64,000 bases of DNA from contig OZ253580.1 of the NCBI GenBank assembly GCA_965263035.1, positions 736,001 to 800,000 of the forward strand, given 5' to 3'. The notes below the pieces were generated by a model. That model was not told the origin of the DNA, did not search any database, and saw nothing but the letters and a program-made list of their open reading frames with translations. The stretch comes from Acidobacteriota bacterium. Lineage in GTDB: Bacteria; Acidobacteriota; UBA6911; RPQK01; JAJDTT01. Positions 19,626-30,425 of the stretch are shown here, piece by piece. The position numbers and the translations under genes are program-made. The first letter of the stretch is position 1. Every line of letters starts with the position of its first letter.

Positions 19626-22247
19626 ATGGGGTTCAAACATCTCCGCCGAACCATACTTCTTCTGGGACTGCCCCTCCTCCTTTTGGTGAATCCAGGAAGC
19701 GCCTCTCTCCCTGGGCCCTCCGCCGGATCCGAGGCCGGCACGACGATCTCCGTGGGCCATGAGTCCCGCCAGGACGACATGCCTTCGATCGCGGCGGCGC
19801 CGGACGGCTCCCTCTGGGTGGTCTGGCTCAGTTTCGACGGACAGAGAGACGATGTCGCCATCCGCCACTTCAGGGACGGAATCTGGCAGAACCTGCATTG
19901 GGTTCCGGGCACCAGCGGCGACAGCTGGCTTCCCCAGATCGGTGTGGACAGCGCCAATCGAGTCTGGGTCGTCTGGTCGCAGCAACTCGACTCCAACTGG
20001 GATGTCTTGGCCCGCCGCTTCGATCCCTCCGAGTCGACATGGGGACCCTTGGTCAGACTGAGCTCGGACCCTCTACCCGACGTCAACCCGAGAATGTCGC
20101 CGGACGGCCGGGGCGGGCTGGCCGTCGCCTGGCAGGGTTTTCGCCGGAAACCGGAGGCACACCCCACAGCCAAGAGCCAAATCTTCTCGCGTCAGCTCGA
20201 TGGCGATCGATGGACAGAGACGATCCAGGTCACCGACGGCGCTCAAAATGACTGGGCGCCCAGCCCGGCGATCGACAGCCAAGGTGTGGTCTGGATCTCC
20301 TATGACACTTACCGGAACGGCAGTTTCGATGTCTGTCTGGCACAGATCGTTGGAAGGAAGGTCGTCAAGTCCCGCATACCGGTGGCCGCGACCCCTGCCT
20401 TCGAGGCCAGGGCCACCACTTCCGTAGATTCTGAAGATCGGGTTTGGGTTGCCTGGGAGTTCGGGCCTCGCCATTGGGGAAAGGACAACGGCAGGGCCCT
20501 GGGCAATCGTGGAACGGGCGCGCCCCTGGGTGGGTTTCGGGAGCCGCGGATCGCCTGCCTGGCTCAGGGTAGATGGCTGGAGCCCGTGTCTCCCCTGGAA
20601 GCGGTCTTTCGTCCCTACAACACCTACCAACCCCACGTGTTTTCCGATGGCTCGGGCTCGATCCGCGTAGTAGCGATGGAGCGGCGAACAGGCGGGCCCA
20701 CCAAGGAATCCGTCCTCTTCCGTAAACGGTCCTATCCCGAGTATTGGAGGGGGCGTCAAGACGGCTACTGGAGTTATTGGGTGACTCATCTGCAAGGGGA
20801 ACAGTGGACGGCTCCCAGGCTCCTGCCCAACAGCAAGGGGAGATCCTCGACGCGGATGGGCGCCGCGCTGTCGAAGGGCAAAGACCTCTGGATGATCTGG
20901 CCCACCGACAATCGAAGGGAAAGCTACTATCACCGTCCCCTTCGCCAGCAGGTTTATGTCGGCGTGGCGCCGTCCACGGCAGGGACACCGCCGGTTCTGC
21001 GGGAGCGAAGGATCGAAGCAACCGAACCTGATCTTCGCCAGGAAGCCGAGCTCGGACATTTGGAGCGCATCGCGGGTTATCGGACTCGCATCGACGGCAA
21101 GGACCATCGCCTGCTGCGGGGCGATCTTCATCGCCATACCGAATTGAGTTGGGATGAAGGCGGCGCCAACGACGGTTCTCTCGACGACTACTACCGCTAC
21201 ATGTTGGACGCGGCTTCCCTGGACTTCGGCGCCAATACCGAACACCAGGGAGGCGCCTGGCCCTATTGGTGGTGGTACTCGCAGAAGATGAGCGACATGT
21301 ATCACCTCCCGGGCGCCTACGTCAGCTTGTTCGCCCACGAACGGAGCGCCAGCTATCCGTATGGACATCGCAATGTCTTCTATTCCGACCGGGCGAAAGC
21401 GAAGGTGATCCCTTTCTTCCTGAAGGACGGTGTCTCTCTTTATGCGTTTCCACTCACGCCTGAGGGCGATGAGCCGGCCGACGAAGCCGGTTTCCTGGTG
21501 ACCAACGACACTGAACTTCTCTTTGAGGAAGTCCGCGCTCGCGGCGGAATCACCATCGCCCACACTTCGGGCTCCGGAATGGGGACCGACTGGCACCATC
21601 GGCCGGAGCCGGACGTGGAACCGGTGGTCGAGATTTTCCAAGGCGCCCGGCGCAGCTTCGAGCATGTCGGCGCCCCTTACAGTTCGACCCAGGCTCAGGT
21701 CGAGACGGACGCAGCCCGCGTCCGGCCGGACACGGGCCGGATTTCCGACTGGATCCAGAACCTGTTCCGGATCCGGCCCGACGGCATGGTTTCAGAAGCC
21801 TGGAAGAGAGGCCACAAACTCGGCGTGATCGCCAGCTCGGATCATGTCTCCACCCATATTTCCTACGCCATGGTCTACAGCCAGGACGCCAGTAGGAAAG
21901 GCCTTCTCGAAGCGATCCGAAAACGACACACCTATGGGGCCACCGACAACATCATCCTGGAAGTTGGAATGGGCGAACATTTCATGGGAGACGAGTTCAG
22001 CACCGAGGTAGCGCTGCCGGTTGTCGTCAAGGTCCAGGGAACCGCTCCGATCGAACGGGTTGATTTAATCAAGGACGGTGAGGTCACTCATTCAATTCAG
22101 CCCGGACAAGCCGCCGTGGATTGGGAGTTTCCGGAGAACAACTTCGACCTGCAGCCCCACTACTATTATGTTCGGCTTCTCCAAGAAGACGGGATGATTG
22201 CCTGGTCGTCGCCGTTGTTCGTGAACTACCCGTCAACACCCCGCTGA
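19626..22247 (+). CDS. Secreted protein: N-terminal beta-propeller-like repeats plus PHP-like (DUF3604/CehA-like) metallohydrolase domain
   Basis: Signal peptide from ATG 19626; repeated P.I..D....WV.W blades; GDLHRHT, TEH, HRN, AHT and SSDH motifs; C-terminal YYYVR..Q.DG..AWSSP. Confidence 0.75.
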   Translation: MGFKHLRRTILLLGLPLLLLVNPGSASLPGPSAGSEAGTTISVGHESRQDDMPSIAAAPDGSLWVVWLSFDGQRDDVAIRHFRDGIWQNLHWVPGTSGDSWLPQIGVDSANRVWVVWSQQLDSNWDVLARRFDPSESTWGPLVRLSSDPLPDVNPRMSPDGRGGLAVAWQGFRRKPEAHPTAKSQIFSRQLDGDRWTETIQVTDGAQNDWAPSPAIDSQGVVWISYDTYRNGSFDVCLAQIVGRKVVKSRIPVAATPAFEARATTSVDSEDRVWVAWEFGPRHWGKDNGRALGNRGTGAPLGGFREPRIACLAQGRWLEPVSPLEAVFRPYNTYQPHVFSDGSGSIRVVAMERRTGGPTKESVLFRKRSYPEYWRGRQDGYWSYWVTHLQGEQWTAPRLLPNSKGRSSTRMGAALSKGKDLWMIWPTDNRRESYYHRPLRQQVYVGVAPSTAGTPPVLRERRIEATEPDLRQEAELGHLERIAGYRTRIDGKDHRLLRGDLHRHTELSWDEGGANDGSLDDYYRYMLDAASLDFGANTEHQGGAWPYWWWYSQKMSDMYHLPGAYVSLFAHERSASYPYGHRNVFYSDRAKAKVIPFFLKDGVSLYAFPLTPEGDEPADEAGFLVTNDTELLFEEVRARGGITIAHTSGSGMGTDWHHRPEPDVEPVVEIFQGARRSFEHVGAPYSSTQAQVETDAARVRPDTGRISDWIQNLFRIRPDGMVSEAWKRGHKLGVIASSDHVSTHISYAMVYSQDASRKGLLEAIRKRHTYGATDNIILEVGMGEHFMGDEFSTEVALPVVVKVQGTAPIERVDLIKDGEVTHSIQPGQAAVDWEFPENNFDLQPHYYYVRLLQEDGMIAWSSPLFVNYPSTPR

Positions 22248-22390
22248 GGACCGAAGATCCAGTATTGTGTGCCGCCGCGGTGCCAGAGAGATTCAGTCAA
22301 GGCAACTTCTTGATTGATCGAGTTTCTGACCTGCGTGCCGGAGCCCCGCGGACAGCTTCAAAGCTCGCCCCATTCGCCGTAACCCTCGCG

Positions 22391-23905
22391 TCAGGGGCGT
22401 GAGATCCAGATCGGACTTGACCAGGCCATCTCTCCATCCTGCTGGATCACACGGACGTAATAGTAATCGGACTCACCTTTTTTTGGCCTCTCGGTTTTCC
22501 CATATTCGAATTCAAGTTCGATCCCGTCTCCGCCCATACGCACATAATCCTGATTGTTCTTTACCAGCGTGATCGACTCGAGGGGGGCGGTCCCGATCAC
22601 TTTCACCGAGAAGTGGGGTGCCTCGTCGCTCTGATACTCCTCGCCCATCCAGTGGTCATCCGCCCTGAAGTCCAGAATGATGCGCACACCGGTGGTGGCA
22701 TAGCAGCGACGCCGATAAATCGCATCGAAGACCGCCTCACGCGTGAGCTCGCGGGCGTAGAGACCGGTGAAACCTCCTGTTCTTGCATTCGGATTCCAGT
22801 ATGAGTAGTCATAATCGAAGTAGATGCGTCCGTGCGCGGGAAAGCCGGGCCGGCCCGAGTGCGAATCACTTCCACCCACGATCCCAAGACGCTGTCCGGC
22901 CGCCAAGGCATCCTGCACGAAGTGGCCCGGAGCACTGCCGCCGGCCACGGCGATTTGTCTTGGACCTTCCGGATACTCGGAATTGCCCCAGGTGGAGTAG
23001 ACTTCAACGCACCGTTGAAACTCTTTGTCGTACTCATCCCAGGGTACCGGGAACGCCTTCGAGGCAGGATGGTGAGGAAGGGTCATGGCGGGCTTCCCAT
23101 ATGCTTTCAACTTCGTCCACAGGTCGAAAGCACTGGTGGTCTGGGAGTCGCGTCCCTCCCAGGCAAGGGCTCGCCAAACCGGTCCCTCCCCGTCCCTGTA
23201 GTAGACGTTTTTATGGCCGGCATTGAGGTTGTGTCCAGTCCACTCGTAGGCCGACATCGTTGCAAACCGGCCCGGCTCGTACAGTTCTTGGGCCTTGTCC
23301 TTGATCCTTTCCCACATTGCATCCGTCGGATCGTGTTCGGTGAGACAGGCAAAATCGAGATTCATGGCGTCCCGAGCATAGATATAACTATCGTCCGGCG
23401 CGCCCCGCGCATCGGGGCTCCAACCCGAGTGGATGTGAATGTCGCCGAAATAGAGTTTATGCTCCGGTTCGCTACCCGAGACGAGGATCACATTGCTTGG
23501 GAATTCCCTCCCTTTATCCTCGTCTCGCACCGTGACCGTGTGCTTGCCGAGTCTGTTCAGGACGACTTCAAACAAGTGACTCTCGTACCGATCGTCCCGG
23601 CGAGAAAACTTATATGGTTTCGGAAGCACGGCTTGGGGGTCGGACGAGCGGAAGGAAACCCGTCCTCGATAGCGATCCCTCAGTCCAGGACGCAATACCG
23701 CCGTGCTGAGACGGAAAGGTTGCCCCATGCGCTGGTTGGTTGAAGCATTGACGATGTGGGTGTAGTGGTTCCAGAACGGCCCGTACTTTTCCCGGTCGAT
23801 GCGATCCTGGGCCGCCGGCAAGTATCGGATCGGGCCTGCCGCCGCCGTGAGTTGCAGCAGCCACTCTCTTCTCGTAGAGGAGGTTAGCCGCGGAAAATTA
23901 CGCAC
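22391..23905 (-). CDS. PHP-like (DUF3604/CehA-McbA-like) metallohydrolase with Tat-like leader
   Basis: TRREWL leader; GDIHIHS, TEHD, HKN, PHHP, GSDSH, YATTG; C-terminal YYYVRVIQQDGEMAWSSP. Confidence 0.8.
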   Translation of the reverse strand: MRNFPRLTSSTRREWLLQLTAAAGPIRYLPAAQDRIDREKYGPFWNHYTHIVNASTNQRMGQPFRLSTAVLRPGLRDRYRGRVSFRSSDPQAVLPKPYKFSRRDDRYESHLFEVVLNRLGKHTVTVRDEDKGREFPSNVILVSGSEPEHKLYFGDIHIHSGWSPDARGAPDDSYIYARDAMNLDFACLTEHDPTDAMWERIKDKAQELYEPGRFATMSAYEWTGHNLNAGHKNVYYRDGEGPVWRALAWEGRDSQTTSAFDLWTKLKAYGKPAMTLPHHPASKAFPVPWDEYDKEFQRCVEVYSTWGNSEYPEGPRQIAVAGGSAPGHFVQDALAAGQRLGIVGGSDSHSGRPGFPAHGRIYFDYDYSYWNPNARTGGFTGLYARELTREAVFDAIYRRRCYATTGVRIILDFRADDHWMGEEYQSDEAPHFSVKVIGTAPLESITLVKNNQDYVRMGGDGIELEFEYGKTERPKKGESDYYYVRVIQQDGEMAWSSPIWISRP

Positions 23906-23951
23906 CGTCGCGGTCCAAGTAAACGGGACGGGATTCTTCTATACGATTCGA

Positions 23952-26900
23952 CTAAAAATCCAACCGCAGTGCCACCTGCCCGACCCGCGGGGCCCGGGTC
24001 GAGGTGACAAAACCGGTGAGTGGGCCATTGAGAACTGAATTGGGCGTACCCCATTGCGTGTGATTCCAGGCATTGAACATCTCGACACGAACCTGCAGCT
24101 TGGCATATTCCCCGATGGCAAAGTTCTTGGCCAACATCAGGTTCCAATTGTTGATTCCGGGGCCGATGGCCTCACCGCGGCCCGTGTTCCCGAAGGTTCC
24201 CCGCGGACCATGTTCGAAGGCATCGTCAATATTGGCCCATTGGAAGTTACTCTTGCGAGGGTTGAAGTATCGGACCTCCCCCACCTTGTTCGGCCTTATA
24301 TCTCTGGCGGACTGCCCGGTGTTGCTGAAATCCGCTGAGGCCCGCACGTGCAACGGGTTGCCCGACTGGAAGATGGTGATCCCGCCGAACTGCCAGCCTC
24401 CGAGGACCCCATCCAGCACCGGGTGCATACTCGAGCCAATTCTCCTGCCGCGGCCGAAAGGAAGTTCCCAATTGTACCCTGCGGTGAAGCGATGCTTGGC
24501 ATGGTGCGCAGCCAAGCCTTTGTCCAACCTCAAGTTGTAAGAGTTCATCGGTACCGTAAGGGTGGGTCCATTGATATCGCCAAAATCGTCGATGGTTCTG
24601 GAAAAGGTGTAGGAACTGGTAAGGGAAAGGCCTTTTTCAAACCTCCTCTCCACTCGCACAACCCCTGCATTATAGGTGTTGTGGGAGGTGTGCTCTATCT
24701 GGGTTATTCCACCGATCTGGGGGTAGGGTCTTCGAGAATTGACCCCGGTCAGCTCTCCGGGCCGGTCTGGTTGTGCCTGATTGTATGAGGTTCGCCTGTT
24801 TCCATTGTATCCGTGGGAGCCGATGTAGCCGAGCTCGAGCATCAAATTGGGCAGGATTTCCCGTTGCAAGGTCAATTGCCAGTGCTGAATGAGCGCGGTC
24901 GGTAAATGCCTGCTCACATTCCTGAATCCCACGCCCGGAGGCAAAATATAATCCGGGCCCGTAACAATCGGGAAGTCGGCCCGCGTAAAGGGTGCTTGGG
25001 GGAACAAGTCAGGGTTGGCGGTGTCGGTCGTGGTGACATCGGTAAAGGGATGATTCGGAAGTTTGGTGTACGTCTGACTGCCAAGCACGCCGCCCAGGCT
25101 GTTGATGATGTCGTTGCCGGGTGCTGGTGAGTAGAAGATTCCGTAGGCAGCTCGGATGACCATCCTTCTGTCACCGAACGGCGAATAGGCCAGCCCAATC
25201 CGGGGACCAAAGTTGTTATAGTCAGGGTCGTAGAAGGTCTCGCCTGGGCCGGTTTGTATAAGCGGCGTTGGCGGGCAGGGATTTGTATTCTCAAAGCAGG
25301 TTCCAGGCGCGGCAACAAAATCGAATCTTGATGCCCCAACAGAGTTCTCAACCCAGGGCGGGTAGTATTCGTAGCGCAATCCCAGGTTCAAAGTCAGATT
25401 GGGAAACAGCCGCATGTCGTCCTGAATGAAGAAACTGTACTGATTGCCCTCCGCCAGGGCTTCGAGTTGCCCCACCGTTCCGAGCACCAGATGGGTGTTT
25501 CCCAGGAGCAGATCGGCAGCCGAATTTCCCCTTGAGAACGGGGTTCCAGGAAAGGTGGTGAATCGGCCGTTAAAAATGAACAGGCCTCGGTTGAAGCCTC
25601 CCGCGGCGGTGTGATTATAGTTCTGGAAACGAAGGTCAACGCCGGTTTTCACGGAGTGGGTTCCGGAATTCACGCTCAGGGTGTTTGAGATCTGGTGGGT
25701 CTTGACTTCCCCAATATGGGGAGCGTTGATGTTTCCGCCAAATCTTCCCTCCCGGGCCGCGACGACCACCGGCAGTCCGTAAGTACTCGGGGGCCCGGCG
25801 AGATTCTTTATCCCAAAGACGTCCGTAATATAATCAATGCTTTCGTCACAGGGGCCGTGACATCCCGCAGTCCCCCCTTCCTGATGGATTCCCCAATAAC
25901 CTTGGTTGTACCCGTAACGCAACTCGTTGATGATCCGAGGGGTGAAGGTGTGAGTTTCCGCGATCATCAAGTTGTACCCGTCATTATTCTTGAAATCTCC
26001 CGAGAGGGGCGCAAGTAGTTGGACCGGAGCACCGGTCGAGGTCAGGGTTTCTCTTGACTGCATGTAACGGCCATAGAGGCTGTCTCGCTCGGAGAAGGTG
26101 TGATCGATTCGCACTGTCCAATAGTTCACATCCGAGTCGCGTCGGATGGTCCCCGTCAAGTTCTGGTTGCCGACCAGGGTGCCGACTTTGGCGTTAGGAG
26201 CCGGAAACAACGCTGCCGCCGCCGCACCGAATACGCTGAACCGGCTCCTCGGAATTTGATTGCCTGGAAAGGGGTCCCGGATGAAGCGTCCGTTTTCATC
26301 GCGACGGACGGTCAGAGGATCGTAAAGTTGATGGCGGAAGTTGGAAAAATCCCCCTGGAGGTATTCTGAGGGTGGTGTCCTGGCCGCTGCGTTACGGGTT
26401 TGACGAAGACGCTGGCCCTCGTAGGCAAAGAAGAAAAAGGTCTTGTCTCGCCAGATGGGCCCTCCCAGGTTGGCTCCGAACTGGTTGTGGTTGAAGGGTT
26501 GTCTGGGCCGTCCGGTCCGATTGGAAAAGAAGTTGTTGGCGTTGAAGATGGCATTTCGGTTGTAGTTGTAAATCGCACCATGAAACTGGTTCGAGCCCGA
26601 CTTGGTGATGGTGGTAAACTGCACTGAACCCCGCCCGTATTCCGAGGAATAATTGTGCGTCTGCAGCTTGAATTCCTGAATCGAATCCAGAGATGGAATC
26701 AGTGATTGGGTCTGGAACATGATGTGGTTGGCATCGATTCCATCGATGTCGTACGCCGCATCGGATCCACGCTGTCCGGCGACCTGAAACCAGTTGCCTC
26801 CGGTAAGGTTGGCCCCATTGAAGTTTCTCAGGATGTTCGTGATCGGGTTGACGGCGGTCGGCGACAACAGGGCCAATGACTGATAGTTGCGTCCCAGAAG

Positions 26901-27350
26901 CGGCAAGCTCTTGAGCTGATCCTCTTTGAAATGCAGTCCGACGGCCGTGTCATCCGTCTGCACCAGGGGTACGGCAGACCGCACCTCTACCACTTCATTG
27001 GGGTCACCGACCGGCAGGGTCAAATCAACGCGCAGCCTGGTGGCCACGTCCAATTGGGCTCGGGGCTCTACGGCCTTCTTGAAGCCTGTCAGCACCGCGC
27101 TCACACGATATTCTCCCGGATCCAGAAACGGCACCATGTAATTTCCCGTATCGTCCGTGATGATGGTTTGACTCACATTGGTCGCCAAGTTCGTCACGGC
27201 GACGGTTACACCCGGAACTACGAGTCCGCTCTCGTCTGTGATCGTGCCCAAGATGGCGCTTCTGACGAGCTGGGCCTGCACCACGCCGACCGCCAGCAAT
27301 CCCGTCATGAGAATCGCCAGCATTGCACTCTGCCAATGATTGACTTTCAT
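23952..27350 (-). CDS. TonB-dependent receptor (Oar-like, carboxypeptidase-regulatory N-terminus)
   Basis: Signal peptide, GTITDESG, LPLLGRNY, TKSGSNQFHG, LNLGLRYEY, FNAWNH, terminal LRLDF. Confidence 0.93.
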   Translation of the reverse strand: MKVNHWQSAMLAILMTGLLAVGVVQAQLVRSAILGTITDESGLVVPGVTVAVTNLATNVSQTIITDDTGNYMVPFLDPGEYRVSAVLTGFKKAVEPRAQLDVATRLRVDLTLPVGDPNEVVEVRSAVPLVQTDDTAVGLHFKEDQLKSLPLLGRNYQSLALLSPTAVNPITNILRNFNGANLTGGNWFQVAGQRGSDAAYDIDGIDANHIMFQTQSLIPSLDSIQEFKLQTHNYSSEYGRGSVQFTTITKSGSNQFHGAIYNYNRNAIFNANNFFSNRTGRPRQPFNHNQFGANLGGPIWRDKTFFFFAYEGQRLRQTRNAAARTPPSEYLQGDFSNFRHQLYDPLTVRRDENGRFIRDPFPGNQIPRSRFSVFGAAAAALFPAPNAKVGTLVGNQNLTGTIRRDSDVNYWTVRIDHTFSERDSLYGRYMQSRETLTSTGAPVQLLAPLSGDFKNNDGYNLMIAETHTFTPRIINELRYGYNQGYWGIHQEGGTAGCHGPCDESIDYITDVFGIKNLAGPPSTYGLPVVVAAREGRFGGNINAPHIGEVKTHQISNTLSVNSGTHSVKTGVDLRFQNYNHTAAGGFNRGLFIFNGRFTTFPGTPFSRGNSAADLLLGNTHLVLGTVGQLEALAEGNQYSFFIQDDMRLFPNLTLNLGLRYEYYPPWVENSVGASRFDFVAAPGTCFENTNPCPPTPLIQTGPGETFYDPDYNNFGPRIGLAYSPFGDRRMVIRAAYGIFYSPAPGNDIINSLGGVLGSQTYTKLPNHPFTDVTTTDTANPDLFPQAPFTRADFPIVTGPDYILPPGVGFRNVSRHLPTALIQHWQLTLQREILPNLMLELGYIGSHGYNGNRRTSYNQAQPDRPGELTGVNSRRPYPQIGGITQIEHTSHNTYNAGVVRVERRFEKGLSLTSSYTFSRTIDDFGDINGPTLTVPMNSYNLRLDKGLAAHHAKHRFTAGYNWELPFGRGRRIGSSMHPVLDGVLGGWQFGGITIFQSGNPLHVRASADFSNTGQSARDIRPNKVGEVRYFNPRKSNFQWANIDDAFEHGPRGTFGNTGRGEAIGPGINNWNLMLAKNFAIGEYAKLQVRVEMFNAWNHTQWGTPNSVLNGPLTGFVTSTRAPRVGQVALRLDF

Positions 27351-27853
27351 CCTGTCCCCCTAATAATTTTAAGGTCGCTTGGCCGGTCCTGCCCTCGAAG
27401 ACAGAGTCCTTTATTCCGTGGCGAGAGAGAACCCCTCGCCGTTTGCTTCCAATGGCGCTCGATCTCATCCCACACCCACCGGGACTCGTCAAAATGCCGG
27501 TCCCTGGCCTGCAGGCCATCACGAGTCGGGTCCCTGACAGTCTCTCGAATCGATTCCCAAAGGTGGGCCATCATGACATGTGTGGCGCGGGCGAGCCACA
27601 AGTGGAATCGCGGGCTCAGTACAATTGCCTCATCCGGGTCTGAGACGTGCTCTCTCACCCGCAATCGGACATCGGCAAGGTCACGAATAGGCTGGCGTGT
27701 GGCTCTCCTGCCACCCAGAGGATCACAGTGGATGCTATTGCGTCAAGGTTCACTTCTGTTTCTGTGAATCTCAGGTATGCAATAGTTCTTCCGGTGTTTC
27801 AGGGCTCGCAGCAGGTACACCCCAGGATTGGAGATCGTGTTAGGTTCAGGTTC

Positions 27854-30256
27854 ATGATCCCCAGGATCCAGTGTCTGCTGATATGTTTCGCCCTGCCATT
27901 CTTTTCCACCTGCACCGTTACTCCGGTTGACGACAGCGGAAAGTCGAGTGAGTTCAGCCTGGAACAAGTGGCGCGTTCACGTCATGAGGTCCAGGGGGAG
28001 GATTTGGCGGGCCTTGAGACCCCACTATCGGTGCGAGTACCGATTCAGTCCCGACTCTACCCTGAAGTAGCGTTTGTCCATCCCGATCTCTCCATCGCCC
28101 TTCCTGCCCTGCCCGTTCCATTAGGACAGCGACGACAGGCGTTGGCGCTCGGCTTTGGCATGGGCGAACCAGCACGGTTTCCGGATTGGAATAAGGTCAC
28201 CCGTAGACTGCGTCGTGGTTATCAACCCATCGTCGAATCCAAGTGGACACCCAGCTCGATCAGCGTTCAGCAGACGGCTTTCAGCTACCTGCCCTCGGAC
28301 CAGACCGTGATTACCGGTCGAGAAAAGTTATTCGTCATGGTTCGTATGACCTTGATCAATACCACCGATCTTCCCCAAGACACTGTATTAATGCTGTCCG
28401 TCGGACGGGCACGGGGCAGCCAGGTCGACGATCTTGCCGGACGCATCTATGAGGCCCCCGACCTGCGCTGGAAGCAGGGTCCCTTCGGTATTCGCCATAC
28501 GGGAAGATCTCTTCTCATGCAGGGAAAAGTGCTGCTCAGCTACCGCACCATGGTACCCACTCCCGCGACTCTTCGGTTCGAAAAGGTCCACCAAGGACAA
28601 CTGATCACGAACTGCCTCGAGTTCGATGTCGCCCTCGAACCCCGGGAGGCGAGAACGATCGACTTGGTGGTGGCGGGCAGCTCGAAACTGTTCCCGATGT
28701 CAGAGCGGAAACGGATGGAAACTCAAAGTTTTGAAACGGCTCTCAAGCGATCGGAGGACTATTGGGAGCGCCTTCTTGAACCCGGAATGAAGCTCACGGT
28801 GCCTGAAAAACGGCTCAACGAGATCTACAAGGCGCTCATCCTTTCGAGCTTGCAGAATATCAGCAGGAATCCCGAAAACCCCTGGCATTCACCTCATCAC
28901 AGTCCCTTTTGCACGGGTGTCTGGGCGTGGGAGTTCGCACACCTGGCGGTTGGGATGAGCTCCATCGGTTTTTACGAGGCCATCCAGCCGTGCTTGCTTT
29001 TCTTCACCGAGCGGCAAAACGGTGTCGGCGCACACTCGGCAAACTTTGGGCCCCGTGGTGATCTGAATTCGATTCACGGTTCGTATGTGGGGTCTTCGGG
29101 CTTCGAGTGGATGAGCGAAACCGGAGCGGTCCTGTGGGCGATGGCCTCCCACTACCTCTATTCACGCAATACGGAATGGTTGCACCAGAACTCCCCCGGT
29201 ATTCTGGCGGCCTGGCATTGGATTCAGCGGGAGCGCGAGCGGACACGGGTCACCAAGGAGAATGGCGCCAAGGTGCGCCACTATGGGCTCCTGCCGTTAG
29301 GGAAAGGCAGTGATGCGGTCGGCGAAGTTTATAACTATACCTTTTCGGACAGTTTCACTTGGCTGGGCATGTCCGAAATGGCCAAGGCTTTCACCGAAGC
29401 CGGCCGACCCGAAGCGGAGCGTCTGACACGGGAAGCGGAAGAATATCGCCAGTGCATCCTGGATGTCATGCACCGCGTCGAGCACATCGATCCTGACACG
29501 GGACTGTTGTTCGTCCCGGACATCGTTTACCCGCGAGCGGGCAGGTATTGCAGTTCCCAGTGGCATGGCGCCGGGCCGATACAGTTGTTTGCCACGGGTC
29601 TTCTCGACCCAGCCGACAAGCGCTTCGAGCCCATGCTGGAATATCTGCGAATCACGCCCGAGTTTGGCTTGCTGATGGGCTTGGCCCAAAGGATGGGTCC
29701 GGATCACTGGTACATCAATCAGGTGGAGAAAACCTATTACAAATGCTATCTGGCTCGCGGCGAGTTCGAGAAGGCCCTGCTGACGTTTTATTCAAATTTC
29801 ACATATGGCCTGTCCAGTGATTGCTACCAGACGGTGGAGCGCATCAGGCCTCTCGACGGCAACTTTTCACCGTGGCAGCCCAACGCATCGGGCAATGGGC
29901 GGATGCTCGAAATGCTGCGAAGGATGGTCATCGACGAGCAGGAGGCGGGCAAGCTCTGGCTACTGCGTGGCTGTCCCCGCCGCTGGTTCGAACCGGGTAA
30001 ATCGATCGTTGTGACCGACGCACCCACGCTCTTTGGGAAAATGGCACTCCGTACTCAGGCCGACAACCGGAAGATCAGCGTTGAAATCGATGCGCCCGAA
30101 CGAAAGAGTCCGAAGGAAATGATTGTGGTTATGCGTCACCCAGAACGCCTCGCGCCGTCCCGGTGCGTGGTCAATCAGTCCGACGTTCGGGTATTTGGAG
30201 AGACTGTGATCGTACCGGAACCGAGGGGGCGGTTGAAGGTCGTCTGTGAGTATTAG
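27854..30256 (+). CDS. Putative exported six-hairpin (alpha/alpha)6 glycosidase-like protein
   Basis: Hydrophobic leader with Cys. Helical core with W..E.G..LW....HY.....EWL, A..WI...R, GLLP.G...D; C-terminal LLRGCPRRW...APT.FG beta domain. Confidence 0.55.
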   Translation: MIPRIQCLLICFALPFFSTCTVTPVDDSGKSSEFSLEQVARSRHEVQGEDLAGLETPLSVRVPIQSRLYPEVAFVHPDLSIALPALPVPLGQRRQALALGFGMGEPARFPDWNKVTRRLRRGYQPIVESKWTPSSISVQQTAFSYLPSDQTVITGREKLFVMVRMTLINTTDLPQDTVLMLSVGRARGSQVDDLAGRIYEAPDLRWKQGPFGIRHTGRSLLMQGKVLLSYRTMVPTPATLRFEKVHQGQLITNCLEFDVALEPREARTIDLVVAGSSKLFPMSERKRMETQSFETALKRSEDYWERLLEPGMKLTVPEKRLNEIYKALILSSLQNISRNPENPWHSPHHSPFCTGVWAWEFAHLAVGMSSIGFYEAIQPCLLFFTERQNGVGAHSANFGPRGDLNSIHGSYVGSSGFEWMSETGAVLWAMASHYLYSRNTEWLHQNSPGILAAWHWIQRERERTRVTKENGAKVRHYGLLPLGKGSDAVGEVYNYTFSDSFTWLGMSEMAKAFTEAGRPEAERLTREAEEYRQCILDVMHRVEHIDPDTGLLFVPDIVYPRAGRYCSSQWHGAGPIQLFATGLLDPADKRFEPMLEYLRITPEFGLLMGLAQRMGPDHWYINQVEKTYYKCYLARGEFEKALLTFYSNFTYGLSSDCYQTVERIRPLDGNFSPWQPNASGNGRMLEMLRRMVIDEQEAGKLWLLRGCPRRWFEPGKSIVVTDAPTLFGKMALRTQADNRKISVEIDAPERKSPKEMIVVMRHPERLAPSRCVVNQSDVRVFGETVIVPEPRGRLKVVCEY

Positions 30257-30425
30257 AGCAGTTCTCCGGCCAAACAAGAAGAAGATAATTTTAAGAGGCT
30301 GATGAGGAACGCAGATGGATCATATTGAAGATCGGGGCCTTGTTTCCGACCTTGATTCCTCTGCCGATTGAACCTGCCGACCAAGGAGTGGCCAGCGACT
30401 CCGTACACCGAATTTTGGTTGCGGT

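Noticed and set aside
27347-27664. 105-aa ORF overlapping the TBDR start, faintly like a sugar-isomerase C-terminus
   Set aside because: The resemblance is too weak and there is no convincing start or RBS.
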